64,000 nucleotides of DNA from a virus. The stretch is from positions 64,001-128,000 of IMG/VR virus record IMGVR_UViG_3300043418_000120; one strand, given 5' to 3'. The position numbers and the translations under genes were made by a program. Positions 9,549 to 19,429 of this stretch are shown here, piece after piece. Numbering within the stretch: position 1 is the stretch's first letter; every line of letters starts with the position of its first letter. Under the pieces are notes generated by a model. That model ran no database searches and was not told the DNA's origin. It saw only the letters and a program-made list of their open reading frames with translations.

Positions 9549-9582
9549 ATTTTACATTACTCGCTTAATAGGAGAAATCAAA

Positions 9583-10089
9583 ATGGTAAAACCATTCACA
9601 CCCTCATTCTTTAGTCAAGACGTGTTCAAAGACTTCGATAAAGTATTCGTTGGCTTCGATGAACAATTCGAACGTTTCCAAACGCTTCATGACGATCTGA
9701 CAAAGAACATCCCCAACTATCCTCCATTCAACGTTCGCAAGAACGGCAACACATACACGATTGAAATTGCTGTTGCTGGTTTCGCTCAAAACGAAATCGA
9801 CATCACAATCGATGGTGGTAAGTTGATCGTAAAAGGCAACGTAGAGTCTAAGGAAGCTGAAGAGAGTTTCTTGTTCAAAGGAATCTCTAATCGCGCCTTC
9901 ACTCGCGCATGGGCTATTGGTGACCAATACGAAGTTAAAGACGCTGAACTTTTCAACGGTATGTTGAAGATCGCTCTTGACAAGTTGGTACCAGAAGTGC
10001 CAAAGGCAAAGAAAGTCCCAGTTAAAACTGGCTCAGGCAAACAGTTTCTAACAGAGGACGAAAAACATGAAATCGCATCTAGAATGTAA
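9583..10089 (+). CDS. hsp20: Small heat shock protein (Hsp20/IbpA family)
   Basis: NYPPFNV, IEIAVAGF, KGISNRAFTR, AEL.NGML.I. Confidence 0.95.
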   Translation: MVKPFTPSFFSQDVFKDFDKVFVGFDEQFERFQTLHDDLTKNIPNYPPFNVRKNGNTYTIEIAVAGFAQNEIDITIDGGKLIVKGNVESKEAEESFLFKGISNRAFTRAWAIGDQYEVKDAELFNGMLKIALDKLVPEVPKAKKVPVKTGSGKQFLTEDEKHEIASRM

Positions 10090-10156
10090 TTGGATTCCAA
10101 TGACTGACGATGATGTGGATTGGGTGAACGGCAAAACGCCACCACCTCAAAAGTGA
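10067..10156 (+). CDS. 29-aa peptide MKSHLECNWIPMTDDDVDWVNGKTPPPQK
   Basis: GAGGA RBS; overlaps hsp20 end and fills the gap to the terminator; not in ORF track. Confidence 0.5.
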   Translation: MKSHLECNWIPMTDDDVDWVNGKTPPPQK

Positions 10157-10159
10157 TAC

Positions 10160-10181
10160 AAGGCTCCTTCGGGAGCCTTTT
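10160..10181 (+). terminator. Rho-independent terminator
   Basis: AAGGCTCC-TTCG-GGAGCCTT followed by T run. Confidence 0.85.
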
Positions 10182-10203
10182 GACATTGGACTAAATAATT
10201 TGC

Positions 10204-10446
10204 ATGAGCATCAAACGAGTCCAAATTAACAAAGATATCTTGTCCTACGTCACAGCCAAGCGTGATGATTGGGTATTCAAGGCGTCGGTATACAAGGACA
10301 AATACATCCTCTTGATAGGCTACAATGACACTACAGGAGACTTTTTCACAAGGTCTTTCGCTGACTACGACAATGCTGTAATCTTCGTCGAAGCCCTCGC
10401 TACAAGGGGCTATGGTGGGTTCAGATATAACGATTCGAACCTATAA
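10204..10446 (+). CDS. Hypothetical protein, probably late
   Basis: Preceded by CTAAATA near 10191. Confidence 0.65.
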   Translation: MSIKRVQINKDILSYVTAKRDDWVFKASVYKDKYILLIGYNDTTGDFFTRSFADYDNAVIFVEALATRGYGGFRYNDSNL

Positions 10447-10452
10447 AAGTCC

Positions 10453-10481
10453 TTGACATTTATTCCGAAAAGAGGTATAAT
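10453..10481 (+). promoter_or_regulatory. Sigma70-type early promoter
   Basis: TTGACA-17-TATAAT; next ATG at 10488 may be nearly leaderless. Confidence 0.9.
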
Positions 10482-10487
10482 TATGTC

Positions 10488-10718
10488 ATGGCTGCTAATA
10501 ATCACTACCTCCGCAAACTCGCTTCTGACGAACTGTCAGACACCCTGTTCTTCGCAACAGGCTCTCGAGTAACAAAATCCCGAACACCAGACACAGTAAC
10601 CCTAACTGCAGGGCAATTTACTGTAGTCATCAAACACACGCGATTGATCACCGTCAATGGCGACAAGTGTAAGTCCATCCCCGAAGCAAAATATGTTGTA
10701 CAGGATTTGATTCGATGA
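10488..10718 (+). CDS. Hypothetical protein
   Basis: ORF directly after promoter. Confidence 0.7.
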   Translation: MAANNHYLRKLASDELSDTLFFATGSRVTKSRTPDTVTLTAGQFTVVIKHTRLITVNGDKCKSIPEAKYVVQDLIR

Positions 10719-10936
10719 ATAAAATTATCCAAGACATCGCAGAACATTGCGACTTCTATGTCGGTAATGAACATAGTGACAAATTATATGAGCAAAAGCA
10801 ACGTCTCTTTATGGAAAAGTTCGCCCAGTTGATTGTGCTGGAATGTGGTCAATATCTTAACTCTCCTGAGTTTATTGGACGCAGTGACTTGGACTGGGCA
10901 ATGGTGCTGAATGAACATTTCGGAGTTGAAGAATGA
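10715..10936 (+). CDS. Hypothetical protein (KFAxLIVxEC...HFGVEE family)
   Basis: Paralog of 11381..11647. Confidence 0.75.
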   Translation: MNKIIQDIAEHCDFYVGNEHSDKLYEQKQRLFMEKFAQLIVLECGQYLNSPEFIGRSDLDWAMVLNEHFGVEE

Positions 10937-11079
10937 TTGAATGGACTACACATTTTAAGTTTCTTGGATTTACAGTACAAACCTGTGATTATGGTGGACG
11001 CTATATTTGGTGGAAACTTGGCAACTTTAATATCGGGTACAGCAAGGATCCTGACTTTAGTAAGATGGAACAAGAATGA
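10933..11079 (+). CDS. 48-aa hypothetical protein
   Basis: ATGA overlaps on both sides; not in ORF track. Confidence 0.6.
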   Translation: MIEWTTHFKFLGFTVQTCDYGGRYIWWKLGNFNIGYSKDPDFSKMEQE

Positions 11080-11384
11080 TTGACTATCACGAAGCCGTTA
11101 GAGAAATGCACAAAGGCAATGTGGTCAAGTATGTGGGCACGGTCAATGGCAATGTGATGACAGATCGTGGCTGGAGTTGGTGTATGTGCCGTGGTTGTAT
11201 TTTTCCATATCAAGATGGACCCGTATGGAAGTTAGCAGGTCGCATGGTTTACGATCCAGACTTTCGTTATGTGCTTACTGGTGAAACAGTTGATACAAGA
11301 GCGTGGAAGCCAGCACGGAATCAAGACCGTAAAGAGATTAAATCAAAATTGGGCTACAGCCGTATCGGAAGGAACAATGTATGA
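11076..11384 (+). CDS. Hypothetical protein
   Basis: Translationally coupled ORF. Confidence 0.7.
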   Translation: MIDYHEAVREMHKGNVVKYVGTVNGNVMTDRGWSWCMCRGCIFPYQDGPVWKLAGRMVYDPDFRYVLTGETVDTRAWKPARNQDRKEIKSKLGYSRIGRNNV

Positions 11385-11647
11385 TCGAACGAATTGAGCA
11401 ACTTGCCGAACAATGCGTGACCCGTAAGTTTTATGTTGACCACGCCAGCGAAGAATTTGATTACAAAAAGTTCGCCGAGCTGATTGTGAAAGAATGTGTG
11501 ACAATGTGTGACGATACACGAGCCGACTACTTCAAACATCGTAAGTCTGCTGATGATTTTCAAGATAAGAATATCTATGCTGAAGGCGAAGCCGCTAGTG
11601 ATATAATCAAATACAAAATAAAGAAACATTTCGGAGTTGAAGAGTGA
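11381..11647 (+). CDS. Hypothetical protein (KFAxLIVxEC...HFGVEE family)
   Basis: Paralog of 10715..10936. Confidence 0.75.
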   Translation: MIERIEQLAEQCVTRKFYVDHASEEFDYKKFAELIVKECVTMCDDTRADYFKHRKSADDFQDKNIYAEGEAASDIIKYKIKKHFGVEE

Positions 11648-11886
11648 AAACAAAATACATCATTGTGAAACAAGGCAGCTTCGAGTTGCCTTTTGTGTTC
11701 AGCGAGCTCTGTACGCATTCTGATATCGCTTACCAAGTTGGTGGTACAGTTGTTGGTGCAGGATTTTGTCTTGTTGCTGATGACCGCTACTGCTGTTACG
11801 GTGAGAGTATCAGCTGTAAGGTTAAGAGCCGTTACCACGAAGACGATGCTGTTTTAAATAAAATGCTTTTGGGATTTGACGAATGA
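11644..11886 (+). CDS. Hypothetical phage protein
   Basis: KYI...F.....H...A....VGAGFC......CYGES.S pattern. Confidence 0.7.
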   Translation: MKTKYIIVKQGSFELPFVFSELCTHSDIAYQVGGTVVGAGFCLVADDRYCCYGESISCKVKSRYHEDDAVLNKMLLGFDE

Positions 11887-12074
11887 ACGAAGAACGACAA
11901 GCAGTTGTGAAGGCTGTTCTTGATGGTGTCATGTCCGCAGATGCGCTAACCATGGACGAACTTGTCTACATTGAGAACTTGGTCAACGAGTTAATTGGAG
12001 AAAAGATTTTACAAAAATCCCTCGATGAAGGTAAAATAGTATTCATCGGAGTAGAGAACGGAGTACTGAATTGA
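11883..12074 (+). CDS. Hypothetical protein
   Basis: Coupled ORF. Confidence 0.65.
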   Translation: MNEERQAVVKAVLDGVMSADALTMDELVYIENLVNELIGEKILQKSLDEGKIVFIGVENGVLN

Positions 12075-12247
12075 AACCAACCCACCAAATTCGTGCGTAT
12101 CGGCAAGGCATGATTATGATGACCGAATATGCGTACGACTGGTTGGAAGCTGACACTAAGGTCGAAGAGCTTCTGAAGACCAGCATGTATGATGAATTAC
12201 GAATTATTAAATTAGATAAGGACACAAAAGATGATGTATATGTTTGA
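12071..12247 (+). CDS. 58-aa hypothetical protein
   Basis: TTG start with GGAG RBS; fills the gap; not in ORF track. Confidence 0.5.
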   Translation: MKPTHQIRAYRQGMIMMTEYAYDWLEADTKVEELLKTSMYDELRIIKLDKDTKDDVYV

Positions 12248-12800
12248 CGTAGAGACACTGGACGTAGAGAGCACCAGTGTCATTCTATCAGCATCAATTA
12301 TTGAGTTTGATCCGTCGGATACGACGAAGACATATCAAGATTACCTAGATACTGCGTTGTTCGTTAAGTTCAACGTAGCAGAACAGATTAAGAATTACAA
12401 ACGTACCATTAGCAAGGACACCGTTGAGTGGTGGTCTAAACAGCATGACTATGTGCGTAAAACCAGCCTGACTCCATCGGCTGATGACGTCACGACTATT
12501 GAGGGCATCGACCTTCTCAAAGACTACATCGGCGATAATGCAGGCAATTCAACATTTTGGGCACGAGGCTCGCTAGATCAAATGGTTATCGACAGCTTGT
12601 GTAAAGCAGCTGGACAAGAATTGATCGCACCTTATCATGTGTGGCGAGATATCCGCACTGCTTTGGACTGCCTGACTGAAACTTCAAAGAACGGTTACTG
12701 TAAACTGAAGATTGATTTTGACGTTGGTGCCCATGTCGTAAAACACCACCCAACTCATGACTGCGCATATGACATCATGATGTTGGTTCACGGTAAGTAA
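12231..12800 (+). CDS. dexA: DEDDh 3'-5' exonuclease (DexA-like)
   Basis: FDVETL, TVEWWSKQ, WARG..D, RDIRT, H.PTHDC.YD. Confidence 0.85.
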   Translation: MMYMFDVETLDVESTSVILSASIIEFDPSDTTKTYQDYLDTALFVKFNVAEQIKNYKRTISKDTVEWWSKQHDYVRKTSLTPSADDVTTIEGIDLLKDYIGDNAGNSTFWARGSLDQMVIDSLCKAAGQELIAPYHVWRDIRTALDCLTETSKNGYCKLKIDFDVGAHVVKHHPTHDCAYDIMMLVHGK

Positions 12801-12808
12801 GGAGTTCA

Positions 12809-15313
12809 ATGGAATTTTACACAAACGTATTTCCACTTGGTAATAAGCTATGTGTGCGCGGTGTCAAGAATGGCATCCCATACATGGACAAGATCGACTT
12901 CAACCCAACATTATATGTTTCTTCGAAGACTAAGAATGCTGGCGAAGTTCATCACACATTGGATGGACAGGCTGTTTACGCAATTCAGCCAGGATCTATT
13001 CGAGAAACGAAAGATTTCCTTGAGCGTTATAAAGATGTTCAAGGTTTCAACGTATTTGGCAATACCAACTTTGCCTACCAATACATCTCTGACAACTATC
13101 AGTCTGAGATTAAGTATGACAAATCGCTAATCAAAATCACATCGATCGACATCGAAACTTCTACTGAAGAAGGCTTTCCCAATATTGAGACTGCCAATGA
13201 AGAAGTGCTTCTGATCAGTATGATGGATAATACTACTAAAGAGATTCATGTCTTTGGTAAGAGTCCATACACAGGTAACAAGGAAGTTATCTTTCACCAC
13301 TGCGAAAATGAAGCAGCCCTACTGTTGAATTTTATCGACTTCTGGAAAGAGAACTATCCTGATGTTGTTACTGGTTGGAACATTAACTTCTTCGATATTC
13401 CGTACTTGATTCGTCGAATCATGGTTGTTCTTGGTGATCAAGCTGCGAAACAGTTGTCGCCTTGGAATGTTCTCTATGAGCGTAAGATCAACTCGCGTGG
13501 TCGTGAAGAACTTTGTTATGATATCGCAGGTATCTCTGCGCTTGACTATCTTGACTTGTACAAGAAGTTCACATACACGATGCAAGAATCATATAAACTT
13601 GATCACATCGCCTTTGTTGAGCTTGGTGAGAACAAGCTAGACCACTCTGAGTACGAAACCTTCAAGGACTTCTATACTTACGGTTGGAAGAAGTTCGTTG
13701 ACTACAACATTCACGACACTAAGTTGGTTGACATGTTGGAAGATAAGATGAAGTTGGTTGAGTTGGCTATCGTTATGGCGTATACTGCTCGCGTAAACTA
13801 TGAGGACGTGTTCTCTCAAGTTCGTATGTGGGATACCATCATCTATAATCATTTGAGAGCCAAGGGAATTGTTATTCCTAACAAGACTCACAACGAGAAA
13901 GATGCTGTTATCGAAGGCGCATATGTTAAGGATCCGCTGGTTGGCATGCATGACTGGGTTGTGTCTTTCGACTTGAACAGTCTGTATCCTCACTTGATTA
14001 TGCAGTATAACATCTCACCAGAAACGATGGACGCTAACTACAAGCACATCGGTGGTGTAAACTATTTCCTTGAGCATGCTGAGACTGGTGGATATCACAA
14101 CCTGAACCTTTCTTGTACTGCCAACGGCTGGTGTTATACGAAAGAGCATAAGGGTTTCTTGCCTGAGTTGATGGAAAAGATGTACATCGATCGAAGCAAA
14201 GCCAAGAAGCAAATGTTGAAGATCCAGCAGGATTATGAGAACACCAAGGATAAGTCTCTGGTAAATGAGATCTCTCGCTTGAACAACCTTCAGATGGCTT
14301 TGAAGATTGCTTTGAACTCAGCTTATGGTGCGTTGGCCAACCAGTATTTCCGTTACTACGACAAGCGTATGTCTGAGGGCATCACGTTGTCTGGTCAGTT
14401 GTCTATTCGTTGGATTGCTAACAAGTTGAACGGATACTTCAACAAGATGCTCGGAACTGACAAGGATGACTTTGTTATTGCGGTTGATACTGACTCTGTG
14501 TACTTGCGCTTTGGTCCATTGATTGATAAGTTGTTCACGAAGGAAGACCAACTCGACAAAGATAAGATCGTCAAGTTCATCGATAAGATTTGCGAAGATA
14601 AGCTACAGCCATTCATTGATAAACAGTATCAAGAGTTGGCCGATCGTCAGAATGCCTTTGCTCAGAAGATGATCATGAAGCGCGAAGTTATTGCCGACCG
14701 TGGTATCTGGACTGCTAAGAAGCGTTACGTTTTGAACGTACACAACTCTGAGGGTGTTCAGTACGCTCAACCCAAGATGAAGATTATGGGTCTTGAGATG
14801 GTTAAGTCATCGACGCCTCTGGTTGTTCGTGACAAGTTGAAAGAGGCGATGAAGATTGTTATCAAGGGTGATCAACTTGCTCTGCGTAAGTTTATTACTG
14901 ACTACAAGACCGAGTTCTTCAAGCTGTCGATTCCTGAGATCGCATTCCCTCGTGGTGTCAACAACATGAAAGAATATGCTGACGCTGGTAAGGTATATCG
15001 TAAGTCAACGCCTATCCATGTTCGTGGTGCTTTGATGTACAACCATATGCTCAAGCAGAAACAACTCGAGAATAAGTATCAGCCTATCAACGAAGGCGAT
15101 CGTATCAAGTTTATCTACTTGCGCGAACCCAACACACTACACGAAGATGTGATTAGTTTCACAACTGAAATTCCAAAGGAATTTGATTTGGATAAATACG
15201 TTGATTACGAGAAACAATTCAACAAGGTTTTCTTGGATCCTCTGGCTGCTATCATGGGCGCAATCTCATGGACGATCGAGGACGAAGCGACTCTTGATGA
15301 CTTCTTCGCGTAA
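12809..15313 (+). CDS. gp43: Family B DNA polymerase
   Basis: DIET exonuclease motif, SFDLNSLYP, KIALNSAYG, DTDS, KKRY; ends TLDDFFA. Confidence 0.98.
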   Translation: MEFYTNVFPLGNKLCVRGVKNGIPYMDKIDFNPTLYVSSKTKNAGEVHHTLDGQAVYAIQPGSIRETKDFLERYKDVQGFNVFGNTNFAYQYISDNYQSEIKYDKSLIKITSIDIETSTEEGFPNIETANEEVLLISMMDNTTKEIHVFGKSPYTGNKEVIFHHCENEAALLLNFIDFWKENYPDVVTGWNINFFDIPYLIRRIMVVLGDQAAKQLSPWNVLYERKINSRGREELCYDIAGISALDYLDLYKKFTYTMQESYKLDHIAFVELGENKLDHSEYETFKDFYTYGWKKFVDYNIHDTKLVDMLEDKMKLVELAIVMAYTARVNYEDVFSQVRMWDTIIYNHLRAKGIVIPNKTHNEKDAVIEGAYVKDPLVGMHDWVVSFDLNSLYPHLIMQYNISPETMDANYKHIGGVNYFLEHAETGGYHNLNLSCTANGWCYTKEHKGFLPELMEKMYIDRSKAKKQMLKIQQDYENTKDKSLVNEISRLNNLQMALKIALNSAYGALANQYFRYYDKRMSEGITLSGQLSIRWIANKLNGYFNKMLGTDKDDFVIAVDTDSVYLRFGPLIDKLFTKEDQLDKDKIVKFIDKICEDKLQPFIDKQYQELADRQNAFAQKMIMKREVIADRGIWTAKKRYVLNVHNSEGVQYAQPKMKIMGLEMVKSSTPLVVRDKLKEAMKIVIKGDQLALRKFITDYKTEFFKLSIPEIAFPRGVNNMKEYADAGKVYRKSTPIHVRGALMYNHMLKQKQLENKYQPINEGDRIKFIYLREPNTLHEDVISFTTEIPKEFDLDKYVDYEKQFNKVFLDPLAAIMGAISWTIEDEATLDDFFA

Positions 15314-15338
15314 TTATAACATACGACAAAGGAAATAT

Positions 15339-15548
15339 ATGGAAAATACTACTGTGGCAAAGAAGCCACCTTTCAAACTGATTTGCGAAAAGCACGGAGA
15401 AATCCCAGATGACTACGTGTTCCGTGTGAATATGCCCGACTTCGGCTATGAACAAAAGACTTACTGTCTTGTATGCGCCATTGAGTATCTCTCGATGATT
15501 GCTAACGAAGTTACCTATGTACCAAATGATGAGGAGAAATCAGAATGA
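15339..15548 (+). CDS. Small zinc-binding protein
   Basis: CEKHG...YCLVC; AGGA RBS. Confidence 0.65.
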   Translation: MENTTVAKKPPFKLICEKHGEIPDDYVFRVNMPDFGYEQKTYCLVCAIEYLSMIANEVTYVPNDEEKSE

Positions 15549-16606
15549 GCTTTTTAAAAGATATTGTAAAAGAACTGGATAATGAATATGCGGGACTCGC
15601 TGATGATGGTGTGGTTGGTGATACTGATACTTTTATCGACACTGGTTCTTATACTCTCAATGCCCTGCTATCTGGCAGCATCTATGGTGGTTTACCTGGC
15701 AACAAAGTCACAGCTCTGGCTGGTGAGTCGTCGACTGGTAAAACCTTCTATGCTCTGGGTATTGCGAACAATTTTCTCCGCACTGATCCAAAGGCTGGAA
15801 TCATTTACTTCGAAACCGAAGGTGCCCTGAACCGCGAAATGCTCGAAGAGCGTGGTATCGATACCAAGCGTTTCATGATTGTGCCAGTTTCGACAGTACA
15901 GGAATTCCGTACTCAAGCTACTAAGGTTCTTGATTCGTACGAGAAGACTCCTAAGAAAGATCGACCACCATTGATGTTCTTCTTGGACTCATTGGGTATG
16001 TTGTCAACTTCAAAAGAAATGGAAGACATCGCTGAAGGTAAAGACACTCGCGATATGACACGTTCTCAATTGATTCGTGGCGCATTCCGTGTGTTGTCAT
16101 TGAAGTTGTCTAAACTTGATGTCGCGATGGTTGTTACAAACCATACCTACGCTGTCATCGGTTCTTACATGCCATCCCGTACTATGGGTGGTGGTGATGG
16201 TTTGAAGTACGCAGCTTCTTCGATTGTGTTCTTGTCTAAGTCTCAAGACAAAGACGGTACTGAAGTTGTTGGTAACATCATCAAGTGTAAGGTTGAGAAG
16301 TCTCGTTTCACTCGCGAGAAGTCAATGGTTGAAACGAAGCTGTCGTTCACCAAAGGTTTGGATCGTTACCATGGCTTGACCGATCTGGCTGTTGAAGCTG
16401 GTATCTGGAAGGCGCAAGGTGGACGTATCGAAGTTCATGATGGACGTAAGGTGTTCGGTAAGGCTATCGCTCAACGCCCAACAGAATTTTTTACCAAGGA
16501 AATCCTAGATAAACTTGACACATACTGTAAATCCAAGTATAATTATGGTAGCGACGAATCTGTTGTTACTGATAATGATATTGAGGATGAAGTAGATGCG
16601 AATTGA
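15545..16606 (+). CDS. uvsX: RecA-like recombinase
   Basis: AGESSTGKT, DSLGML, NHTY, MGGG.GLKYAAS. Confidence 0.96.
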   Translation: MSFLKDIVKELDNEYAGLADDGVVGDTDTFIDTGSYTLNALLSGSIYGGLPGNKVTALAGESSTGKTFYALGIANNFLRTDPKAGIIYFETEGALNREMLEERGIDTKRFMIVPVSTVQEFRTQATKVLDSYEKTPKKDRPPLMFFLDSLGMLSTSKEMEDIAEGKDTRDMTRSQLIRGAFRVLSLKLSKLDVAMVVTNHTYAVIGSYMPSRTMGGGDGLKYAASSIVFLSKSQDKDGTEVVGNIIKCKVEKSRFTREKSMVETKLSFTKGLDRYHGLTDLAVEAGIWKAQGGRIEVHDGRKVFGKAIAQRPTEFFTKEILDKLDTYCKSKYNYGSDESVVTDNDIEDEVDAN

Positions 16607-17990
16607 AGACCAAATCTTTGGCAACTTAATTAGTCACGAGGAGTACGCAAGAAAGGTTATGCCTTTCTTGTCCCCTGACTATTTTACAGATAGAACCGAC
16701 CGAGTTATCTTTGAAGAACTTGCTCGGTTCTTCACCAAATACAATGCTGCTCCTGCGAAGGACGTTTTGAAGATCGAGGTAGCAAACCGCACCGATGTGA
16801 CTGAAGACCAAGTCAAGGCTGCGAACAATATCCTCGACTCTGTTCAAGCAGAGAAGACTAACATTGACTGGATTACAGATTCGACTGAGAAATTCTGTAA
16901 AGACAAGGCTGTTTACAATGCTATCATTAACTCCATCCGAATCATCGATGGTAAAGACAAGAATCATAATGCTGACGCTATTCCTGACCTTCTGTCTAAA
17001 GCTCTCGCTGTCACTTTTGATTCTCATGTTGGCCATGATTACTTGGAAGATTCTGACTCTCGCTATGACTTCTATCATCGCGTTGAAGAAAAGATTCCTT
17101 TCGACTTGGATATGCTCAACAAAATCACCAACGGTGGTCTGAGTAAGAAAACCCTCAACGTAATTCTAGCTGGTACTGGTGTTGGTAAGTCGCTGGCGAT
17201 GTGTCACTTCGCAGCTGCTAACTTGATGCGCAGTAAGAACGTTCTCTACATTACCATGGAAATGGCTGAAGAGCGTATCGCTGAACGTATTGATGCGAAC
17301 TTGCTAGAATTGTCTATGGATTCTTTGAAGATGGTTGAGAAACGTGTCTTTGATTCACGCCTTGACAAACTTCGCAAGAAAGATCCAGGCAAGTTGATTG
17401 TTAAAGAATATCCAACTGCCTCTGCGCATTCTGGTCACTTCAGAGCGTTGATTGAAGAACTGAAGATGAAACGTAACTTTATCCCTGATATCATCTACAT
17501 TGACTACTTGAACATCTGTTCTAGCCAACGTATGAAGATGGGTGGCTCTGTAAACTCTTATACATATATTAAAGCAATCGCAGAAGAACTGCGTGGCTTG
17601 GCAGGTGAGTACAAGGTGCCAATTGTTACGGCTACTCAAACGACTCGAGGTGGTTTCGCAAACAGCGACCCAGGATTGGAAGATACTTCTGAATCGTTTG
17701 GTTTGCCAGCGACAGCTGACTTGATGCTTGCGTTGATTAGCACAGAAGAACTTGAACAAATGAACCAGATTATGGTGAAGCAGTTGAAGAACCGTTACTC
17801 TGACCCGAACTTCTATAAGAGATTCGTAGTTGGTGTTGACCGTAAACAAATGAGACTTTATGATGTTGAAATGAGCGCGCAAGCCAATATCTCTGATCAA
17901 GGTGAGATTGACGACGATGTTCCCGTTTTCGACAGAGGCAACTTCGGCAAAAGAATCAAGACTGAGGGATTCAAAGGATTTAAGGCATAA
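16596..17990 (+). CDS. gp41: Replicative DnaB-like helicase
   Basis: AGTGVGKS, DYLNI, TATQTTR, SESFGLPATAD, KQLKNRY. Confidence 0.97.
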   Translation: MRIEDQIFGNLISHEEYARKVMPFLSPDYFTDRTDRVIFEELARFFTKYNAAPAKDVLKIEVANRTDVTEDQVKAANNILDSVQAEKTNIDWITDSTEKFCKDKAVYNAIINSIRIIDGKDKNHNADAIPDLLSKALAVTFDSHVGHDYLEDSDSRYDFYHRVEEKIPFDLDMLNKITNGGLSKKTLNVILAGTGVGKSLAMCHFAAANLMRSKNVLYITMEMAEERIAERIDANLLELSMDSLKMVEKRVFDSRLDKLRKKDPGKLIVKEYPTASAHSGHFRALIEELKMKRNFIPDIIYIDYLNICSSQRMKMGGSVNSYTYIKAIAEELRGLAGEYKVPIVTATQTTRGGFANSDPGLEDTSESFGLPATADLMLALISTEELEQMNQIMVKQLKNRYSDPNFYKRFVVGVDRKQMRLYDVEMSAQANISDQGEIDDDVPVFDRGNFGKRIKTEGFKGFKA

Positions 17991-18001
17991 GGAGAAAGAA
18001 A

Positions 18002-19381
18002 ATGGTTAAAGTAATTGTAGCAGATAAAATTCATGATTCAGAACACTTGCTCGGCATGTTTGTCGACGAGTCGCACTACGATGTGTTAATTGAAGAAGAC
18101 ACAGATTGTTATCTACCAGCAGATTGTGACGCTGCTTCGCAGGCAAACTGTGAAACCGATCGCGACTGTTCTAATTGTTCGAAGGGTATGAACGAGGCGC
18201 GTATCGCCTTCAAATTCCGTAAGAACTTCTTCACCAAAGAAGAACAAGATAATGCATATGCTGGTCTGCGCGAAGCTGCTGTTCGTACCGAAAACCGTGG
18301 ACTTGCTTCTGGTATCAAAGAAGGTACATCCGTAACAGGCGAAGGTCGTGAGTGGGTTACCAACTATCAAGAAGAAATGATTCATGCGATCCTGAGTGCT
18401 CGTACTGAGTCCTTGATTGAAGGTGATGTGATTGAAGAAGTTCGTTCACGTTTCCCAACCCAAGCCGATCGTCTAAAGGCTTTGGGCTCTGGTAAGAACA
18501 ACGTATGGGTTATCTCGCGTTTCCGTAACAAGTTCAACTTCGACGAGTTCATCGACAGCATCATTCCTCTCGATCGCGAGAAGCGTGCTACTGAGATGGA
18601 AGAAGTCATGAAGATGATCAGTGAGACATCTTATGGCAACCCTGTTGACTCAGGTATCGCTGGTTGGTACGATCGTTATCCACGTATCCCTTATGGTCGT
18701 GCGACAACTTACACTCGTGACAACTTCGAGAAATTCCAGTTGGCTTACCCATTCCTTCAAACTCTTGCGAAGGGGTTTAAAGACTTGTTGCCATGGCGTT
18801 ACAACAACCAGATGGAAGCTGCTAAGAAACTTGACCCACGTTACCTTGTGCCTGGAACACCATTCACCACAATTACCGTGAACAAGACTTTCCGTACAGC
18901 TGCTCACCGTGATGCTGGTGACTTGGATTCTGGTTTGTCGAACTTGTTGACTCTATCTAACGATGGTCGTTACACAGGTGGCTACTTGATTTTCCCAGAG
19001 GTTCGCATTGCTGTTAATGTGCGTCCAGGCGACTTGCTGTTGGTTAACAACCACGAAGTTATCCACGGTAACACGCCAATCGTATGTGAGGAAGGTTCTG
19101 AGCGCATTTCTTTGGTATGTTATTTCCGTGAGAAAATGCTTGAGCTTGGCACTCACGAATATGAAGATGCTCGCTATCGTTACGTCGAATCTCGTCGTCT
19201 GAATAAAGAACACCCAATGTGGAAGAAACTCTGGAATGGTGTTTCTCCAGGCATGTGGGATGACGCTGAATGGTACGATTTCCTTCGTAAACAACCGAAC
19301 GGCGACGCAATGGTAGCAAAGTACCACCCTGACGCGAACAACGCCGACTTGGGCGACTTGGGAGATGAATGGTTCGCTTGA
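18002..19381 (+). CDS. TET/JBP-family 2OG-Fe(II) dioxygenase (5-methylpyrimidine hydroxylase)
   Basis: FTTITVN..FRTAAHRDAGD (HxD), GGYLIFPE, HGNTP (distal His), ERISLVCYFRE (2OG-binding Arg). Confidence 0.85.
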   Translation: MVKVIVADKIHDSEHLLGMFVDESHYDVLIEEDTDCYLPADCDAASQANCETDRDCSNCSKGMNEARIAFKFRKNFFTKEEQDNAYAGLREAAVRTENRGLASGIKEGTSVTGEGREWVTNYQEEMIHAILSARTESLIEGDVIEEVRSRFPTQADRLKALGSGKNNVWVISRFRNKFNFDEFIDSIIPLDREKRATEMEEVMKMISETSYGNPVDSGIAGWYDRYPRIPYGRATTYTRDNFEKFQLAYPFLQTLAKGFKDLLPWRYNNQMEAAKKLDPRYLVPGTPFTTITVNKTFRTAAHRDAGDLDSGLSNLLTLSNDGRYTGGYLIFPEVRIAVNVRPGDLLLVNNHEVIHGNTPIVCEEGSERISLVCYFREKMLELGTHEYEDARYRYVESRRLNKEHPMWKKLWNGVSPGMWDDAEWYDFLRKQPNGDAMVAKYHPDANNADLGDLGDEWFA

Positions 19382-19406
19382 CTTTTATCCTATAATCAGG
19401 TATAAT
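19378..19406 (+). promoter_or_regulatory. Sigma70-type promoter
   Basis: TTGACT-17-TATAAT. Confidence 0.85.
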
Positions 19407-19429
19407 TGACTATATTTTAAGGAATCACA

